A DNA stretch of 64,000 nucleotides from Mobula hypostoma (lineage: Eukaryota). Numbering within the stretch: position 1 is the first letter of the stretch; each line of letters begins with the position of its first letter. Shown here piece by piece: positions 62,545 through 64,000 of this stretch. The stretch covers positions 3,472,001 through 3,536,000 of the forward strand of contig NC_086098.1 of the NCBI RefSeq assembly GCF_963921235.1, in the 5' to 3' direction. The position numbers were made by a program, and so were the translations under genes. Under the pieces are notes generated by a model that saw nothing but the letters and a program-made list of their open reading frames with translations, did not search any database and had not been told where the DNA came from.

Positions 62545-63350
62545 CCTGAACAACAAGGTTCAGCAGCGCCTTCACTTCCTAAGGAGATTGAAAGCAAGCA
62601 ATGCTCCCCCTGCCCAATCTTCACTGAATTCTAGAGAAGCATCGTCGAGAGCATCCGGACAAGTTGCATCTCCGTCTGGTCTGGGAGCAGCTGAGCATCG
62701 GACCAGAAGTCCCTGCAAAGGACTATGAGAACAGCCAAGAGGATTGTGGGTCATGGGTCATGCATTCAGGATGAAAGGTGAAAAGGTTAACCAGAACATG
62801 AGGTTTCAACGTTTAAGAGAGGTTTGGATGGGTACATGGATGGTAGGAGTATGGAGGGCTATGGTCCCGGTGCAGGTCGATGGGAGTGGGCAGATTAAAT
62901 GGTCTTGGCATGGACTAAATGGGCCGAATGGCCTGTTTTTGTGTTGACTCCGTGAATCTATCTATCGGGAACATTTATCAGGTGCACTGCCCTTGACATA
63001 ATCAAGGATCACACCCACCCATCCAGCATCCTCTTTGACATTCTACCATCAGCCAGGAAACTCTGATGCACAAAGACAGGAATGGTCCAGAGGGGAAACA
63101 ATTTCTTCCCTCAGGCCATTAGACTTCTGAACTCCCTGCCACATTGCATTCCAAGTATCACCGGTTAATCTGTTCTGTATCCTACAATATTTAATTTATG
63201 CACTTTGTTTATTTATGAGTAGTTCATCTGTAGATTGTACTCTTACTTTCATAAGCTATTGCGTGTTTTAAGTGTGTGCTTTACACACTGGACTGGAGAA
63301 ACATTGTCTCGTTTGATGGGTTACATGTAAGTAGATAATCAACAATAATC
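62545..63350 (+). mobile_element. Rex1-like 3' fragment interrupted by a short CR1 3' piece (about 62750-62960)
   Basis: KVQQRLHFLRRLK; IIKD.THP..LPS remnants resume after the CR1 tail GGGCCGAATGGCCTGTT. Confidence 0.7.
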
Positions 63351-64000
63351 TTGACGATATATATTTTTAAAAATTAAATTAAGTAAGTAATGCAAAAAGA
63401 AAAAGAAAGTAGGGAGGTAGTGCTCATGATGACAGAGGGAAAAAAGCTGTTCCTGAATCGCTGAGTGTGTGCTTTAGACTTCTGTACCACCTCCCTGATG
63501 GTAGCAATGAGAAGAGGGCATGTCCTATGTGATGGGGGTTCTCAACAATGAATGCCACCTTTTTGAGGCATCACTCCTTGAAGATGTCCTGGATGCTGGG
63601 GAGACTAGTGACCGTGATGAACTGACTGAGTTCACAACTTTCTGCAGCTTATTTCAATTCTGTGCAGTAGCCCCCTCCCTGCCCCATACGAGACAGTTAG
63701 AATGCTCTCCATAGGCAGGCAGGTCCAATGTGTCACCATGTAAATTTCTGTTTTGGAACACATGAAGCTTCTGCAGACACAAACATCAGTTCATGCTGCT
63801 GAATGCCATTCAGACTTCATGAGGCACTTCACCCATTGGTCCAAATACTTTACTTGTGCTGTCTTCAGATCTTACTGCTTGCCTGCCCTTAATCACAGCA
63901 TTAACGTCAGAAATCCTCAGTGGTGAGAGCAATTAGTGACACAAGGACATCATTGTGTAGTTGATCACAGTGCCACACGTGAGTCTCTAAACAGTGTGGC

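Noticed and set aside
1..64000. Apparent excess of minus-strand CR1 fragments; many 60-130 aa ORFs
   Set aside because: Counts are too small and fragmented to claim a strand bias; the short ORFs are mostly antisense or off-frame shadows of TE sequence

Overview
Eukaryotic, repeat-saturated, mostly intronic/intergenic DNA. The repeat repertoire suggests a cartilaginous fish, probably a ray (inference): CR1/HER1-like LINEs, Rex1/Babar LINEs, V-SINE/HE1-like SINEs, Penelope-like elements, Tc1 and Gypsy relics. Nearly every long ORF in the track is a transposon fragment or its antisense shadow, and no recognisable host gene, rRNA, true tRNA gene or CRISPR array was found. Main points: (1) about 15 Penelope-derived copies carry a minimal type-I hammerhead ribozyme motif, with an intact core at 11347-11384. 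(2) A Hero-clade restriction-like-endonuclease retrotransposon fragment has a 3' UTR that can form a closed double pseudoknot. (3) Insertions are deeply nested (Gypsy>Rex1>2xCR1; CR1>SINE>Hero). (4) There are two locus-specific inverted duplications. (5) A 79-bp minisatellite arose from a GIY-YIG motif. (6) Phase-compatible candidate exons of an unidentified minus-strand transcript lie at 6840-7044 and 7640-7720, and a 1.7-kb transposon-free island lies at 38816-40520. Repeat boundaries were read by eye and are approximate unless a target-site duplication (TSD) is quoted.
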